DNA of 64,000 bases from contig NC_090357.1 of NCBI RefSeq assembly GCF_035084215.1, forward strand, positions 9,610,001 through 9,674,000, read 5' to 3'. The first letter of the stretch is position 1; each line of letters begins with the position of its first letter. The notes under the pieces are model-generated. The model was not told where the DNA came from, did no database searches, and saw only the letters and a list, made by a program, of their open reading frames with translations. This document shows, piece after piece, positions 61,901-64,000 of this stretch. The position numbers were made by a program, and so were the translations under genes. This DNA comes from Heptranchias perlo. Its lineage: Eukaryota.

Positions 61901-63449
61901 AATTTTCTTTTAACTACTCAGTTTGGCTCCTTTTCCATATACATTTGGCTTACAGTGAGATTGGGGCACAGATATAACATCTTAGTACCTAGTTAAACGT
62001 TCCTAGCGCTTCCTCTTCATCCCCTTTCCTTCATCTAGTTAGCTTGCTGCATAGCCTAATCAATAAAGCATCTTTGGAAAATTCCAATGTTCATACTTAA
62101 CAACTTTTAGTTTTAAATTGTAAATATTTCACTGTCCAACTTTTCTTTTTGCTTTTGCACAGTTAAGATTGCATGGCAGAGTGGAAAGCTAATAGAATGT
62201 CAGAAAATACTATATTCCGGCTTCACTAGATTCAGCTTTGCTTATCTACCAGTGTCTTGCTTCTTTTACTTATGTTTCTCCCTCCTTTAGGTCTTTCTCT
62301 GGTTGAGAGCGATCACTACCAAGTTTCTGACAATTGTGATCTGTAAACCAGCTACCAAGAGGTGCATGAGACCAGCTTGGGATGTTTTGCCCTCTGATAT
62401 TCACTTGCTCCCCATGGGCAGGTATCTAGCCGCCACTCAGTGCCCCTCGCTGCTCAATACACCAGACAAGACTAGATCTGAAATTGTAAACCTCAGCCCG
62501 TGTACTATCACTCCATCGCACTGCACATTGGTACACCAACGTGCTGCGCTATTCACAAAATACCGCAGATGCTGGAAATCTGAAACATAAATAGAAAATG
62601 CTGGAAACGCTCAGTACGTAAGGCAGCAGTAGTGGAGAGAACAGACAAAGGGTTTCACATATGGACCCGTCATTTCTTGTGATGCCAAAATAGTTGATTA
62701 AAATTTACAACACTATTAAAGTACTCATTTAAAGTGTACGTAACGCTAAATACGACATGAGCTCTAACTTCCTGGAAAAAATAGCATTCTGCGTCACTTA
62801 CAAAGCTTCTGCAGCTGTTACAGTCATATATTTGGACCCGAGTTGATGATAAAACATTTCATCTAGTCAGTCATGATGGGCAGCTGAACTACCAGTATGA
62901 ACCAATGTATCCGGGCCAAGATATCAAAAGCTTGATTCATCAAGTTGATATATATACATATAAAAATAAAACTCCCAGGACCTATCTGACCCAACTTCAT
63001 CCTTGTGGAAATAGCGAGCTGCTTCTGGACACTCGATTGATGTCCGCAGCTCACCAGCAATATGCTGATAAGATCCAATTTCAGGTGAGCCTTGGGCCTC
63101 CGGCTACTGGCGTGTTCTCCCAGCGCCACACATATTTCAGGCCCAAAGACGGGCCAAAACAAATTTTCACCTGAGGTGTCTAATGGATGCCTGGCGGTGC
63201 ATCCACATGTGGTGAGGGAAGACTGGTGCTGAGTTACCTTGGAGCTTTAGAACATACTTTTTAACAGCTGTTAACCAAATGCCAGTACTTAGCGTCTCAG
63301 AGCAGGCCACCTACTCATTTTGTGGCAGGGGAATAATGCATTGCACACAGCAATCTAAAGAAAGAAGAAAATAATTAACAGAGTCGGGATAGGCAGTATG
63401 CTCCTGTAATACTTCGCAGGGTGTGCGTTACTGGGCTGTAACACAATCA

Positions 63450-64000
63450 AGGGATTCCAGTACAGCTACAACATTGGCATCTACCTGGCAATGTGGAAAA
63501 TTGCCCAGGTATGTCCTGTCCACAAAAAGCAGGACAAATCCAATCTGGCCAATTACTGCCCCATCAGTATACTCTCAATCATCAGCAAAATGATGGAAGG
63601 TGTCGTCGACAGTGCTATCAAGTGGCACTGACTCACCAATAACCTGCTCACTGATGCTCAGTTTGGGTTCTGCCAGGACCACTCGGCTCCAGACCTCATT
63701 ACAGCCTTGATCCAAACATGGACAAAAGAGCTGAATTCCAGAGGGGAGCTGAGAGTGACTGCCCTTGACATCAAGGCAGCATTTGACTGAGTGTGGCACC
63801 AAGGAGCCCGAGTAAAATTGAAGTCAATGGGAATCAGGGGGAAAACTCTCCAGTGGCTGGAATCATACCGAGCACAAAGGAAGATGGTAGTGGTTGTTGG
63901 GGGCCAATCATCTCAGGCCCAGGACATTGCTGCAGGAGTTCCTCAGGGCAATGTCCTAGGCCCAACCATCTTCAGCTGCTTCATCAATGACCTTCCCTCC
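63450..64000 (+). mobile_element. LINE (CR1/L2 group) RT fragment running off the window end
   Basis: WKIAQVCPVHKKQDKSN.ANY.PIS, QFGF, ALDIKAAFD and AGVPQGNVLGP, with internal stops. Confidence 0.88.

Overview
Eukaryotic, vertebrate genomic DNA, almost certainly from a cartilaginous fish: the alphaB-crystallin is very close to dogfish CRYAB as I recall it, and the repeats are shark-type CR1, DeuSINE and Penelope. The window holds the conserved gene block ALG9 (exon 1 only, - strand), FDXACB1 (5 coding exons, -, about 641 aa), CFAP68/C11orf1 (3 coding exons, +, about 232 aa), CRYAB (3 exons, -, 177 aa) and HSPB2 (2 exons, +, 185 aa), all assembled by hand from GT-AG junctions with consistent phases. 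The rest is repeat-rich: many CR1/L2 LINE fragments, tRNA-derived SINEs, a Penelope-like remnant, a solo LTR, MITE-like foldbacks, a 7.5-kb G-rich array next to a 200-N gap, and two minisatellites. No prokaryote-type system (CRISPR, operon) is present. The most unusual signals are: (1) a perfect 93-bp-arm palindrome carrying a minimal hammerhead ribozyme on each strand, flanked by a 14-bp direct repeat, in CFAP68 intron 2; (2) a Cys/Pro-rich, repeat-built C-terminal extension on CFAP68; (3) the G-rich array with ordered unit variants in ALG9 intron 1. Gene and repeat names rest on recalled sequences, not database searches.
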